DNA of 63,625 nucleotides, the filler included, from Octopus bimaculoides (taxonomy: Eukaryota), in assembly GCF_001194135.2 (NCBI RefSeq). It is 4 parts of 3 records of this genome, joined end to end, with 100 filler letters (N's around TTAATTAATTAA, not from the genome) between each part and the next. Parts side by side here need not be neighbours in the genome. Positions count along the whole stretch, not along the records: positions 1 to 23,215 come from NC_068986.1; 3 more parts are not named here. One strand, given 5' to 3'. Under the pieces are notes generated by a model. The model did no database searches. It was not told where the DNA came from and was given only the letters and a program-made list of their open reading frames with translations. The stretch's first letter is position 1. Every line of letters begins with the position of its first letter. The position numbers and the translations under genes were made by a program. Shown here one piece after another: positions 1 through 11,028 of this stretch.

Positions 1-800
1 TATGTCGTTGTCTTGTTACTGCATCATCCCTCTGTACATCTTATACTATAGACCACATTTCTGGCTTTACAGTTTGTTTGTGGGCTAAATCTACATACAG
101 TACAGTTCCTATCAGTGCAGGGGGTTCTACTAAAAGGGTAGGTTCTACTAATAAGGGATTTGATAGGGTTGCCTGGCCTTTCAACAACCTTAATTCTTAG
201 CTTAAGTTTGTTTAGGGCCCTTCGAAAGCGGTACGCCAATTCGCCTCTAGGGGTGGTGTTGACGAACATGACGCTCTGGTATTTGTGGCTATCATACCCT
301 GAGTTGGCCTTCCCTATTTTCGTCTTAATCCTTTCAATGGTGTTCCATGATTTGCTCCTATAGAGTGGGCAAATCCCATTCCTATCGTTACATTTGATGG
401 TTTCAAATTTCTTCATAGCTCCTCTGTATACTCTGATCCTTTCTTTATGGCTGTAACCTGAGAACTGCATGTGGTGAATGAAATGTCGTATATGTCTCTT
501 TAACACTGTAGGGTTGCACATGCAGGACACATTTCACATTACTCTGATGAGGTCTGCCATCAATATATTGAATTTGGTATTGTCCGCAATAGCTGAGTTC
601 CGGTGGATCAGGTATTTGGAGGCTATAGGTTTGGCATAGTGTGAATGAAGGATTAGGGTTTTATTATTCTCAGTTTCTAGCCAGAGTTCAGTATCTAGTA
701 CAGGTAATCTATGGTTAGGGTGTTTAGTAGGGTAGTCTATCGTAACCTTAATACTCTGGTGGATGGAGTTAGCTATTGCTGGATGCTCTCCATAGTATTA
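1..800 (-). mobile_element. Penelope-like retroelement (Naiad/Neptune-like): RT thumb, Cys-rich linker and start of GIY-YIG endonuclease; runs off the left edge
   Basis: Minus frame reads IANSIHQSIKVTIDYP..LPVLDTELW..HSHYAKPIASKYLIH..LIRVM*NVS..MQFSGYS..VMFVNTTPRGELA..IKVVERPG..CTDRNCTVCRFSPQTNC..NVVYSIRCTEG*CSNKTTT, matching PLE RT C-terminus, CX4CX2CX7C linker and VVYxIxC GIY motif. Clade assignment is from memory. Confidence 0.88.
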
Positions 801-801
801 G

Positions 802-872
802 TTTCTATTTCTATTTCAAGAGTACATTTCTATTTCAAGAGTACATATTTCTATTTCTATTTCAAGAGTACA
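802..872 (+). repeat. Three-copy tandem duplication of a 19-27 bp unit (TTTCTATTTCAAGAGTACA core)
   Basis: Copies read directly at 802-826, 827-845 and 846-872. Confidence 0.9.
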
Positions 873-957
873 TAGAAATTAAAATCTTGTCCACACATAG
901 AATATATGCAGCACTTAGACAAATTACAGAAGCTAAACACATAATAGAAGATAAACC
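867..957 (+). CDS. Possible coding exon, unknown protein, cut by an N gap
   Basis: Pyrimidine tract plus AAG acceptor at 865-866, then the only open frame (E)YIEIKILSTHRIYAALRQITEAKHIIEDK up to the gap. No donor visible, no homology recognised. Confidence 0.22.
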
Positions 958-1058
958 NNNNNNNNNNNNNNNNNNNNNNNNNNNNNNNNNNNNNNNNNNN
1001 NNNNNNNNNNNNNNNNNNNNNNNNNNNNNNNNNNNNNNNNNNNNNNNNNNNNNNNNNC

Positions 1059-1089
<31 letters not shown>

Positions 1090-1428
1090 AATATGGTAAA
1101 TGAAAGTCGGAAGATGGAATATACAAGAAATTTTATCATTTATTATGATAATTGTTTTGACACACCTAGCATCAATCCCTTACAACTAGGACACTTAGCA
1201 ACTGATTCAGGAGTATCCGGTGGTGCAGTTGTGTCTCATCGGGTGATAAATAGATGCAATTCTTTAAAATAACAGTTCTGCAATGTATCTTCTCCTTTTG
1301 TAGAAAGAAAAGCAGCAAAACGAAGGAAATATCTTCATTTATATAGAAGACCAAAAATAAAATCACATATGCAAAAAAGAAATGAACATACAATATACGA
1401 GAAACGTATTAAAAATAACCGTTAACAG

Positions 1429-1545
1429 ATATGGATATACAAACTCTCTCACACAAGTTCCATGGTGTGTGCACACTCCCTCATACAAATATCTGGAAAA
1501 ATGTAAACATACTCTCATGTGGTTTGGTGCACTCACGATTACAAG
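1429..1545 (+). CDS. Candidate coding exon A of an unidentified host gene
   Basis: CAG acceptor (AG 1427-1428), consensus donor AAG|GTGAGT at 1546, 117 nt symmetric exon, (D)MDIQTLSHKFHGVCTLPHTNIWKNVNILSCGLVHSRLQ; splices in frame to exon B. Confidence 0.45.
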
Positions 1546-1699
1546 GTGAGTTAAACAGCTACTTGGTGTTCATAAGAATGGGGAGGTTAAAGCTTAATTC
1601 AGCCATACCTTAAAGTAAATTATGTTGACAGTTACTCATTCCCACTGCATTGCGCAAAAGTACATTTATATGCATGTAGGCATTTTGAGAATCTTTCAG

Positions 1700-1784
1700 A
1701 AATTCTATTAATGATCTTTTCACTGGTCCACAGAATAGACATGGATCCCTCGGAGCAGAATCAGCATCTTTTGGAAATGATATT
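1700..1784 (+). CDS. Candidate coding exon B of an unidentified host gene
   Basis: Acceptor TCTTTCAG (AG 1698-1699), donor GTATGG at 1785; EILLMIFSLVHRIDMDPSEQNQHLLEMI(F) continues exon A without a stop. Confidence 0.45.
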
Positions 1785-1846
1785 GTATGGGTTTTTGTGC
1801 CTTACTATGGACCAAGTTATGTTTTACTTAATTTATCTTCCTTCAG

Positions 1847-1922
1847 TCACCATACAAAATCAGCCAAAGATGTTGAATGTCTCAAATTCATTATCTTGAA
1901 GCTGGCAACATGGTTGCACTAA
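1847..1922 (+). CDS. Candidate coding exon C (possibly terminal) of an unidentified host gene
   Basis: Strong acceptor TTTATCTTCCTTCAG after a 62-nt intron; HHTKSAKDVECLKFIILKLATWLH* keeps the A-B frame, TAA at 1920-1922. Confidence 0.38.
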
Positions 1923-2187
1923 CAATTCTTAAATGAATCAGCCATCTGCCCAATGTAAATATACAGCTCTCTCATTTACATACGAGATTCGTACTCATAC
2001 AGAGGTTCATCAAATGGCATTTTGATTTTTCTCTGCATGAGAATTTATCATATTTGTTTGTATATACAGCAGTTCCAACTTCATTTTCCAATGTTGTTAC
2101 CATGTTAGCTATATCATAAGCATTTCTACTATTACAATATTACTATATGCAGCACATATAACAATATATATATATATATATATTCTT

Positions 2188-2342
2188 ATACATATAAGAG
2201 GGATGACCACTAAGTGGACATCCATTATGCTAGAAGTAGATCACCTATGATCTGACCACTTCTTTTCTTAGTGGTCATTTCGTAGGTGATCTACTTCTAG
2301 CATAATGGATGTCCACTTAGTGGTCATCCCTCTTATATGTAT
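2188..2342. repeat. Perfect 60-bp inverted repeat with a 35-nt spacer
   Basis: 2188-2247 is the exact reverse complement of 2283-2342; the spacer holds a second stem TGACCACT/AGTGGTCA. Confidence 0.95.
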
Positions 2343-2639
2343 GTAATATAATTTTTCTGAATCTTCAGATTTTTTCAATATGCTAGGTCACTGGTTTTTA
2401 AATTGATATTTATCAAATTAATATTCAATTTGTCACCCTTATTATTTAAATTTATATATTATTATATATATTTTTATGTGCTGCATATATGGAATGACAA
2501 ATGTGGGATGCTTTTTATATGGAGAAAATATATATAATCTAAACATTTGTCCAGATAATAGTTTTAACAATTTATTTATTGCAAAAGAAATCCTCTAATT
2601 TATCAGTTTACATAATATCAAATATCCAATATTTTTACA

Positions 2640-3280
2640 TGGCACCGGCATGGGACACTTGCTGGCCAATCCTCTTCACCAGGGGAAGTAGCCTTAACAT
2701 TTCAGCTGTGGAGGACAGGTCTTCTTGAGTACAGCAAGATGCTGGGTATCTCAGTCGTCTGTCATCTTCTCTGAAAAGTTCAGCACCCTGAGGTCATTCT
2801 TCAGTATTTTGTCCCATATCTTCCAGGGTCTCCCTCTTCCACATGTTCCATCTACTTCGAAAGATTGGCACTTTTTAATGGAGTGGTCAGTTTCCATTTG
2901 CATCACCTGAGCAAACCAGCACAGCCTTCTCTCTTGCATGCTGCATCTAATTCCTCTTATGCTTAACTTCTCTCTCAATATACTAGCACTCTGTCAAACA
3001 TTACACAACCAGCAGAGCATATTAGCCTCATTCCACTCTAGCCTTTGCATGTCCTCTGCATTCAGGGCCCACATCTCACTAACATGTAGAATTGCTGTTC
3101 ATATACATTCATCATACAATCTTTCTTTCATTCAGAGAAAAAAAACCTTTGGTTGCCAACTGAGGTAAAAACTCTGAAATTTCTCCATCCTTTTCTTATT
3201 TTAGCTATTACACTCTCTGTACATCCCCACCTACAACTAATTAGGTTCCTTGGTTAACAGAAATTATCCACTATCTCTAA
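2640..3280 (-). mobile_element. RTE-clade LINE, 3' end, decayed
   Basis: EIVDNFC..GCTESVIAKIRKGWRNFR..KLSIRGIRCSMQERRLCWFAQVMQM..VDGTCGRGRPWKIWDKILKNDL, typical RTE C-terminus. Confidence 0.88.
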
Positions 3281-3289
3281 TGAAACTGT

Positions 3290-3725
3290 AGTAGGGCAGT
3301 AGAATTACTTCGCCCAGTGTAGAAGCACATTAGTGTTGTATTTCTCTGCTCTTTAAAAGCTAGTGGTGGAGGAATACACATGACGACTTCCACCCAGAGT
3401 AACAATGCATGCTTTTTAAGAGCATTTATCCAGTCGCTGTCTAAATGTTGGTATGTTAGCACCTAGTTTCCTTTTGTCACTGTTTTGCTTTATCCCATTT
3501 AGATGTAGACACTAAACCATTGACGAATTTATGGCTCTTCTAGCTCAACACTCTATGGATCCTTAAGAGTTGCTGCTGAGCTGTGGAATGGGGTACAACA
3601 TATTTGGCCAGTCTGTCAGTGAAGATTTCTTCATACATATTGGATAGCATGGTATTCCTTTTCTTACCTTCACTCATTAAAGCAACTCACCTTCAGACTG
3701 GCCACTGTTTGATATAAAGCATTCA
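3290..3725 (-). mobile_element. Highly decayed LINE (RTE-like) 3' fragment
   Basis: Fragmentary resemblance to post-RT RTE sequence across several stops and frameshifts. Confidence 0.35.
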
Positions 3726-4009
3726 ACTACCTATTAACAATTTGTATGGTCTTATCATTTAATTCCAGTAAGTGATTTAATTGCGTACAACAAACACAAG
3801 TGGGATGTTACACTCTACATAGCACACTACATAGACACTTGAATGCACATGTATTAATTTTCCCTTTTAACTCTAAATTTGCAAACAACCATTTACTGTT
3901 ACTTTTCATTTGAGAGCATTTGGTTCTAATGTATTAACTTTGCAGTAATAAATGTTATATTTATTAAAACATAAAGACTATACCTCATGGTTTTTTTCTT
4001 ACACCTATT

Positions 4010-5030
4010 GGAGTCATGCCATGCATACTGATTGTATATGTTCCTAACATTTTCTCACACTGAACAACCTCTCTTACTAAAACCACAGGAGCATTTGGAA
4101 AAATCAATCTTCCAAGTATCTGTAGTTTTTATGGCTCCTGTGCATCTTCTACATACTAACACTACTTTCTCTGATAACCTTCCTATTATTCCACTCTTGT
4201 GTGCCCAAAACTTACACTGGGTACACCGTTTGGAGTTCCTGCTATGAAGGCAAGACCATCAACATTTAATAGTTCCCAGGAGCTGCCAGTTTTGAATTCC
4301 TCTGTTATGGCCTGGAGGACAATGATGAACAGAAGGGCACTGAGTACTGATCCTTGATGACTGCCTACCTGTACACCAAATTCTTCACTGCACTCACGGT
4401 TAACTCATACCTCACATGGTCTGTACAGCTTTCACAAGCCACTTGTCTACCCCTAGTCCTCTCAGAGGCACTCTATTAAAGGCTTCCTCAAGATCAACAC
4501 ATGCCAAGTCAGCCCATAACACCACACTTAACTAAGTATTTCTCTTGCAGTTGCCTGACTATGAAAATATCATTAGTAGCACTTCTCTCAGGGGTGAAAC
4601 CAAACTGCATTTCGTTTAGCCTAATTCTGCTCCTAATTAATTGAGCTATAATTCTCTCAGTAATTTTCATCACCTGGTCCAGAAGTTTGATGCCTCTGTA
4701 ATTATTTTTATCTAAGGCATTTCCCATTATGCTTGGAGCAACTAATAATAATGCTGCTACACCACTCACTGGGTATTACACCTTCCTGAATAGCATGATT
4801 AACCGTACTGGTAACTAGTCTGTATCCTAACTTACCGGATATTTTGAACATCTCAGCAGTGATTCAAAATGGACCAGGGGCTTTCTCTGTTTTAATATCT
4901 TTAAATGTCTTATCTCCCATACTATTGTCCACCAGGATAGCTGGTCTGTCTGTTAGGTTCACATTAGGAAGACTACTTTTATCCCAGTCATTCTCCACAT
5001 TCAATAGCCTTGCATAGTAACTCTTCTACT
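4010..5030 (-). mobile_element. RTE-clade LINE RT region with a PHD-like Cys/His insert, decayed
   Basis: NNYRGIKLLDQVMKITERIIAQLIRSRIRLNEMQFGFTPERSATNDIFIVRQLQEKYL; SWELLNVDGLA (YADD-equivalent region); RCTQCKFWAHK..LVCRRCTGAI. Confidence 0.9.
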
Positions 5031-5662
5031 AATCTGACATTGTTTGAAGCAGATCCAGCTGGTTATCTTGAACGTTTTCTAAACCAGGATGAGAGTTAGA
5101 TTCATTACTTTGTGCCAAAGGCAAAACGACAATCAATGCAGTGAAAACACCCCTCTTCCCTTGCTCCAAAGAAGGTCAAAGTCATTTCATCTGGAGGGAA
5201 GGTGAAGGCCTCAGTTTTTTGGGATGCAAAAAGCATTATGTTTATTGACTATCTGCAAATGGACCACACCATCCATAGACTTGCTGAGGCAGTTATCAAA
5301 GGCTATCAAGACATCAAGGAAGACTAACGAAAGGATAATGCCCCAGTACACAAGTCTGTGGTTTCAATGGTTGCTGTGTGCAACTGTGGTTTTGAACTTG
5401 TTGACCACCCTCCCTATTCTCCTGATTAGGCCCCACTGACTATCATCTGTTCCCCAACATGAAAAAAACACTTGGCTTAGAACAAATATTGCAATGATGA
5501 TGATATCATATCTACTTTTTCACCAATAGAATCCAAGCACTGCAACATCAATGGAAGAAGTGTGTGGACTGCAAAGAGAATTATGCTGAATAGTAAACCT
5601 CTTTTCTTCATATTCCATGAGAGAATCTTGGTTAGCCTCTGAACTTTTTGGCTGACCCTAAT
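5030..5662 (+). mobile_element. mariner (DD34D-type) transposase, 3' half with right TIR
   Basis: NLTLFEADPAGYLERFLNQDES..KRQSMQ*KHPSSPAPKKVKVISSGGKVKASVFWDAKSIMFIDYLQ..; ends in GAACTTTTTGGCTGACCCT, a mariner-like TIR. Confidence 0.88.
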
Positions 5663-6682
5663 ATCCTTGCTTTTGGTATTTATGTGTGTGAGCATGACAG
5701 ATTTATGCTACCAGTACTTCTAAGTAGGGGAATTGCTGTTATACTTAGGTTTGTTGATGTGAGAAGAAAGAAACAGGGGAGAAGTATACATACTTACATG
5801 TGTGTGCATGTGTACATGTGCATACATGCACACATTCACTTACATGGAGGCAAACAAAGGCAGTTACTGAGAATGCATAAGGTAGGAAGGTCAATTTGTG
5901 GACTTATAGGAATTAGTGGTTAGGAACCCCCTCCTCGGTTGTGGGGCAACTAGTGTTCAGGTGCAGCCAATATTAAGGTGGTATGTCTGGGTGGCCAGTG
6001 GTTTGAAGTTCATCAGGAGGGCATACCTCTGATAGCAATAAGACAGTTCATGTTTCCTGTTGATAGATATTGCTAGCAGCCCAGTTTCCAGTGGCCAGCT
6101 TGGACCTCTTGTATCTCTGTTTGGTTACCTGACCTTGAATGAGCTAGGTTTTTGCAAGAAGCCTATGAAACTTTAAGTTACATGGAACTGAATCAAACTG
6201 TTTCAAATAATTCTATACTAACATATGTATGTATGTATGTATGTATATATATATATGTATGTATATTCATATAGATATATATATATACATATATATACAT
6301 ACATATATATATATATATATATACATATATATATAAATACATACATAAGTATGTATATATACATATATACATATATATATATACATACATACATAAGTAT
6401 GTATGTAGACATATATACATACATACATACATATACATATATATATATANNNNNNNNNNNNNNNNNNNNNNNNNNNNNNNNNNNNNNNNNNNNNNNNNNN
6501 NNNNNNNNNNNNNNNNNNTATATATATGAGTAAATGTAATGAGAAGCAAATTAGGCAAGCTGATTTGCACAGAATATTAAATATATTTAATAGAAAAAAA
6601 ATGTACATGTGTATGGATAGAAAATAGCTCGACTTACAGAATATAAATGATATTAGGAGTTGAATGGGTAGAGTTTTATGAG

Positions 6683-6774
6683 TCCAACAGCTGTTTCTGG
6701 GGGCTTGGTGGTCCGGAATAATGATAGTTACTTGGACCTATTATCGAATAACACTGCCTCCATCTTCAGGGGAG
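6683..6774 (-). ncRNA. Putative type I hammerhead ribozyme in the PLE terminal repeat
   Basis: Minus strand CUGAAGA-UGGAGGC..GCCCCCA-GAAA-CAGCUG-UU: core boxes, 6 of 7 stem II pairs, palindromic stem III; stem I is weak (2 bp then mismatch). Decayed partner at about 8988-9070 (+). Confidence 0.55.
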
Positions 6775-8299
6775 AATTTTACATTGGAGAATTTTACATT
6801 TGAGGTGTTGACAGGATGGAGTTTAAAGATGAAATGATTTTGTGAAGAGCTAGGTGTGTTAGGAAGGAGAGTATTAGGTGTTTAGATAGAGAGTAGTGGG
6901 AGGAGATGATGCACTCCTTTCAGCAGCTGGATTATCTTGACCATCAGTGGAAAGTCCTACACAAATTCTTTAAAAACTACAACCCTTGTATTTCATTTAA
7001 AATTGACACTAAGGTGGCCAATTTTTTAGATGTTGCTCCCGACTTAAGCACAAATCTATACCACCCTTTCCATAAACCAAACCAATCTTTACAACACATG
7101 AATGTTCTCTCTAATCACTCTAAACTTACCCTTAATAGCATAGTCACAGGCTTATCTATCAGAATTGCTAACTTATCTGCTAACAATGAAATTTTTAATA
7201 CTCACATCCCTTATTATAATCAAGCCCTCCAAATCAGTGGCTTCCACGAAAAAATCTGTTATATCCCTAACATTAAGCTTAAAACTAAAATAGCACATCT
7301 CTTCTCCAATACTAACCCTGAATCTATGAACACTACACACTGCACTCAACTGTACCACTAGCCACCACGAGCTTTTAACAACTCAAGCCCCCTCTCCTGA
7401 TCAGTTGTTTACAACTACACACTCAAAACAATCTAAGGCTAGGAATCATGAAATCATATAGTTTGCACCACCCTTCTCTCTCCAAGTTAAATCTCTACCT
7501 AAACTCTTCTTTAAAATTCTAAACTCTAATTTTCCACCACAGCATAAATACTATCCCATCTTTAACAAATTATCTGTGAAAATCTATTCCACCACACTTA
7601 ATGTAGGATCCATAATCACCACGTCAAACAACCCAAACTCCAACACCTGTCTTCTGAACACCTAAATTCTCACACTGCACCCCAAGTTAGTCCACATACT
7701 TGCAATAACACAATCCATAATAACCCACCTCAAATAATACTAAACTCAAGCCAACATCCCACAATCCTACCTATGCCACAACAAGTACTAGCTCCAATAC
7801 CACCTCTCAATCCAATACAAATATAAATTACACTTTAGATTCTCCCACACTAACAACAAACCAACTAAGCTCAACCTTACTAGTAGTAACCCTCAACTAC
7901 AGAACAGGTAGAAAAACTTGCAACTGTCGTGCATCTAAATTATCTCACTTGCATATAACAAGTGCCGTGTTATAACACCCCACTCCTACCAAGCAAGGGT
8001 ATATATTAACAGCACCATAGATTTCAAGCACCTCTACCATGCACACATGAACTCTTTCACTAATCCAAACTCTAAACCATCTACCTCTTTAGCGACATAC
8101 ATACACAACCTCAATACACCCTATCCTGGTCCATAGTAAGTGAAGGTCCATAGTAAGTGAAGCAAATATCAGTATATGTAAATTATGTCTAAAAGAATCA
8201 TTAACCATTCTTTGCCTTCACAACTCCTCATTACTCAATAGATGCACTGATGTTATTTATTCTTGTAAATACAGATACTACTCAATTTTTATGCATTTT

Positions 8300-8465
8300 G
8301 CTCTTGAAGTGGTTGGCGTTAGGAAGGGCATCCAGCTGTAGAAACTCTGCCAAATCAGATTGCAGCCTTGTGTAGCCATCTGGTTTCACCAGTCCTCAGT
8401 CAAATCGTCCAACCCATGCTAGCATGGAAAGCAGACGTTAAACGACGATGATGATGATGATGATT
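8300..8465 (+). mobile_element. RTE-tail SINE / LINE 3' end inserted in the PLE
   Basis: GGCGTTAGGAAGGGCATCCAGCTGTAGAAAC..CCAACCCATGCTAGCATGGAAAGCAGACGTTAAACGACGATGATGATG with a (GAT)n tail; decayed relative at about 20036-20170. Confidence 0.75.
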
Positions 8466-9345
8466 TGCGAAATCTATATAATTTTATTATAAGTTTCCAT
8501 AACCAAAAAACCTTAATCTAAAACAGTCGACCTTTCAACCTACTTCTTAATAAATGCTAAACCCCACCCACCACAACACCCCCTCCATTACCAGCTCAAT
8601 TCCTTTGTCCCACTAATAACTGCTCTTGACCACCTCTTCACCCCCGCTTAGTTAATGAACCAGTCAACTCGTTTCACCCAATTAATAACATGCCCATTTC
8701 ACTGTCTCAACCTTTAACTCTTTAACATTCATACAAATTATCACAAAAGTTATCACTCACATACTACCTAAACCACCCTTCCTCCCACTTTCTATTTCTT
8801 CTACTATCACTAAGCCTTATTATTAACCCTAACTCTGAAATCTATTTTCTCCTCCCACTACTCTCTGTCTAAACTCCCCCAACTCCCTTTCCTAACACAT
8901 CATCATTCCATCACTCCACAAAATCATTCCATCTTAAAACTCCATCCTGTCAACACCTCAAATGTAAAATTCGCCAATGTAAAATTATCTCCTGAAGAGA
9001 GAAGCAGTGTTATCCGGTAATGGATCCAAGTAACTATCATTATTCCGGACCACCAGAAACAGCTGTTGGACTCATAAAACTCTACCGATTTAACTCCTAA
9101 TATCATTTATATTCTGTAAGTCGGACTATTTTATATCCATACATATGCACATTTTTTCTATTAAATGTATTTAATATTCTATGTAAATTGACTTGCCTAA
9201 CTTCCTTCTCATTACATTTACTCATTTACCAGCTCAAGTTTAAATCTCTTGAGCACTTTGAAATATTCTATACAGAGAACACCTGTCTCTAATCTATATT
9301 TANNNNNNNNNNNNNNNNNNNNNNNNNNNNNNNNNNNNNNNNNNN

Positions 9346-9390
<45 letters not shown>

Positions 9391-9479
9391 GTATATACAC
9401 AGACATGCAGGAAGTAAATAGACACCTTCAATTTTTAAAATCTTTTATTTAATAAGCAAAGCGAACAATTGAAATGTAA

Positions 9480-10080
9480 ACGATACATAGGACTACATAC
9501 TTTAGTATTTAGATGACATTCCCTATGCAGTTTTTCAATCAGCTCAGAACGACCATTGCTGATGACAGCTCCCTATACCATTACAGAGATACTGCCATGT
9601 TTCACAGCTGGTTGGAGTCGTTTCAAATTAAATTCTTGATTGGGAAACCTCCTGACCCAAACACGTCCACTGTCTCAAAATAATGCAAATCTGGATTCAT
9701 CTGAGAAAATCACTCTCTCCCAAAATGAACTGGATTTTTCTGATATTTCCTTAGCCCATTTCTTTCTTTTCATGATATTAATTGTTTGAAGGAGAGGTTT
9801 TCTTCTAGCTGTTCGTCCATAATATCCAAACTTACGCAGATTTGCAACACTCGTTCTTGAACTAACTTTGAGCTGTTTTGCAATGTCAGAAGCCTTCAAA
9901 CGGGGTTCATTTTCCACAATTCTCTTCAAACAGTGAAGCTTCCTTTTCGAGGGCCCAGGTCGGCTGGGAGGAGAATCTGTTGATTATTTTCCTTTAGCAA
10001 GAGGAATTTGAAGATTTTTGTAATTTTTTGCTAGCTAAGACCAGCCTCAGATTGCCCAACAATATGACCTCTTTGAAAAT
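9480..10080 (-). mobile_element. Tc1-family transposase fragment
   Basis: [72 protein letters not shown]: HTH plus first catalytic D. Confidence 0.88.
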
Positions 10081-10260
10081 CTGACAGTTCTTTTGAATTT
10101 TTTGTGCATGACATGGTTACTCTTTGCAAATAGTTAATGTAATGGCACCTGGAATGAAAAAAAATAATTACATTGTAAATTCTACACCACTGAAAACACA
10201 TTAAGATGCTTAGATCAGGAACTTTAAGAATTAAAAGTGTCTATTTACTCCCTGCATGTC

Positions 10261-10314
<54 letters not shown>

Positions 10315-10365
10315 TATATGTTTATATATACATTTGTATATACACACACATATGTATGTGTGTGT

Positions 10366-10622
10366 GTAAAGTGCCACACCCTAACAGTTGAGGGAACCCG
10401 TGGAAGAGGTAGGCCCAGGAAGACCTGGGCTGAGGTGGTGAGGCAAGACCTTCGTACATTGGGCCTCACCGAGGCGATGACTACTGACCGAGACCTTTGG
10501 AAATGTGCTGTGCGTGAGAAGACCCGGCAAGCCAAGTAAGATCGTTGCCAGTGCCCCTGGACTGGTTCTTGTGCGGGTGGCACATGAGATGCACCATTTT
10601 GAGCGTGGCCGTTGCCAGTACC
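10366..10622 (+). mobile_element. Young 5'-truncated RTE LINE 3' end, continuing into a gap
   Basis: VEGTRGRGRPRKTWAEVVRQDLRTLGLTEAMTTDRDLWKCAVREKTRQAK* intact, followed by a CpG-retaining 3' UTR. Confidence 0.9.
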
Positions 10623-10962
10623 NNNNNNNNNNNNNNNNNNNNNNNNNNNNNNNNNNNNNNNNNNNNNNNNNNNNNNNNNNNNNNNNNNNNNNNNNNNNNN
10701 NNNNNNNNNNNNNNNNNNNNNNNNNNNNNNNNNNNNNNNNNNNNNNNNNNNNNNNNNNNNNNNNNNNNNNNNNNNNNNNNNNNNNNNNNNNNNNNNNNNN
10801 NNNNNNNNNNNNNNNNNNNNNNNNNNNNNNNNNNNNNNNNNNNNNNNNNNNNNNNNNNNNNNNNNNNNNNNNNNNNNNNNNNNNNNNNNNNNNNNNNNNN
10901 NNNNNNNNNNNNNNNNNNNNNNNNNNNNNNNNNNNNNNNNNNNNNNNNNNNNNNNNNNNNNN

Positions 10963-11028
<66 letters not shown>

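Larger units (their letters stand above)
6526..9225 (+). mobile_element. 5'-truncated Penelope-like element with inverted terminal repeats (pLTR arms 6526-6906 and 8848-9225)
   Basis: FLDVAPDLSTNLYHPFHKPNQSLQHMNVLSNHS..SIRIANLSANNEIFNTHIPYYNQALQISGF (RT thumb), RNIIWFAPPFS, and TCNCR..CRVITP GIY-YIG remnants at about 7900-8150; the ~380-bp arms align as reverse complements. Confidence 0.9.

Noticed and set aside
543-552. CTGATGAG hammerhead-like box in the first PLE
   Set aside because: It lies on the antisense strand of RT coding sequence and has no matching GAAA or stems.
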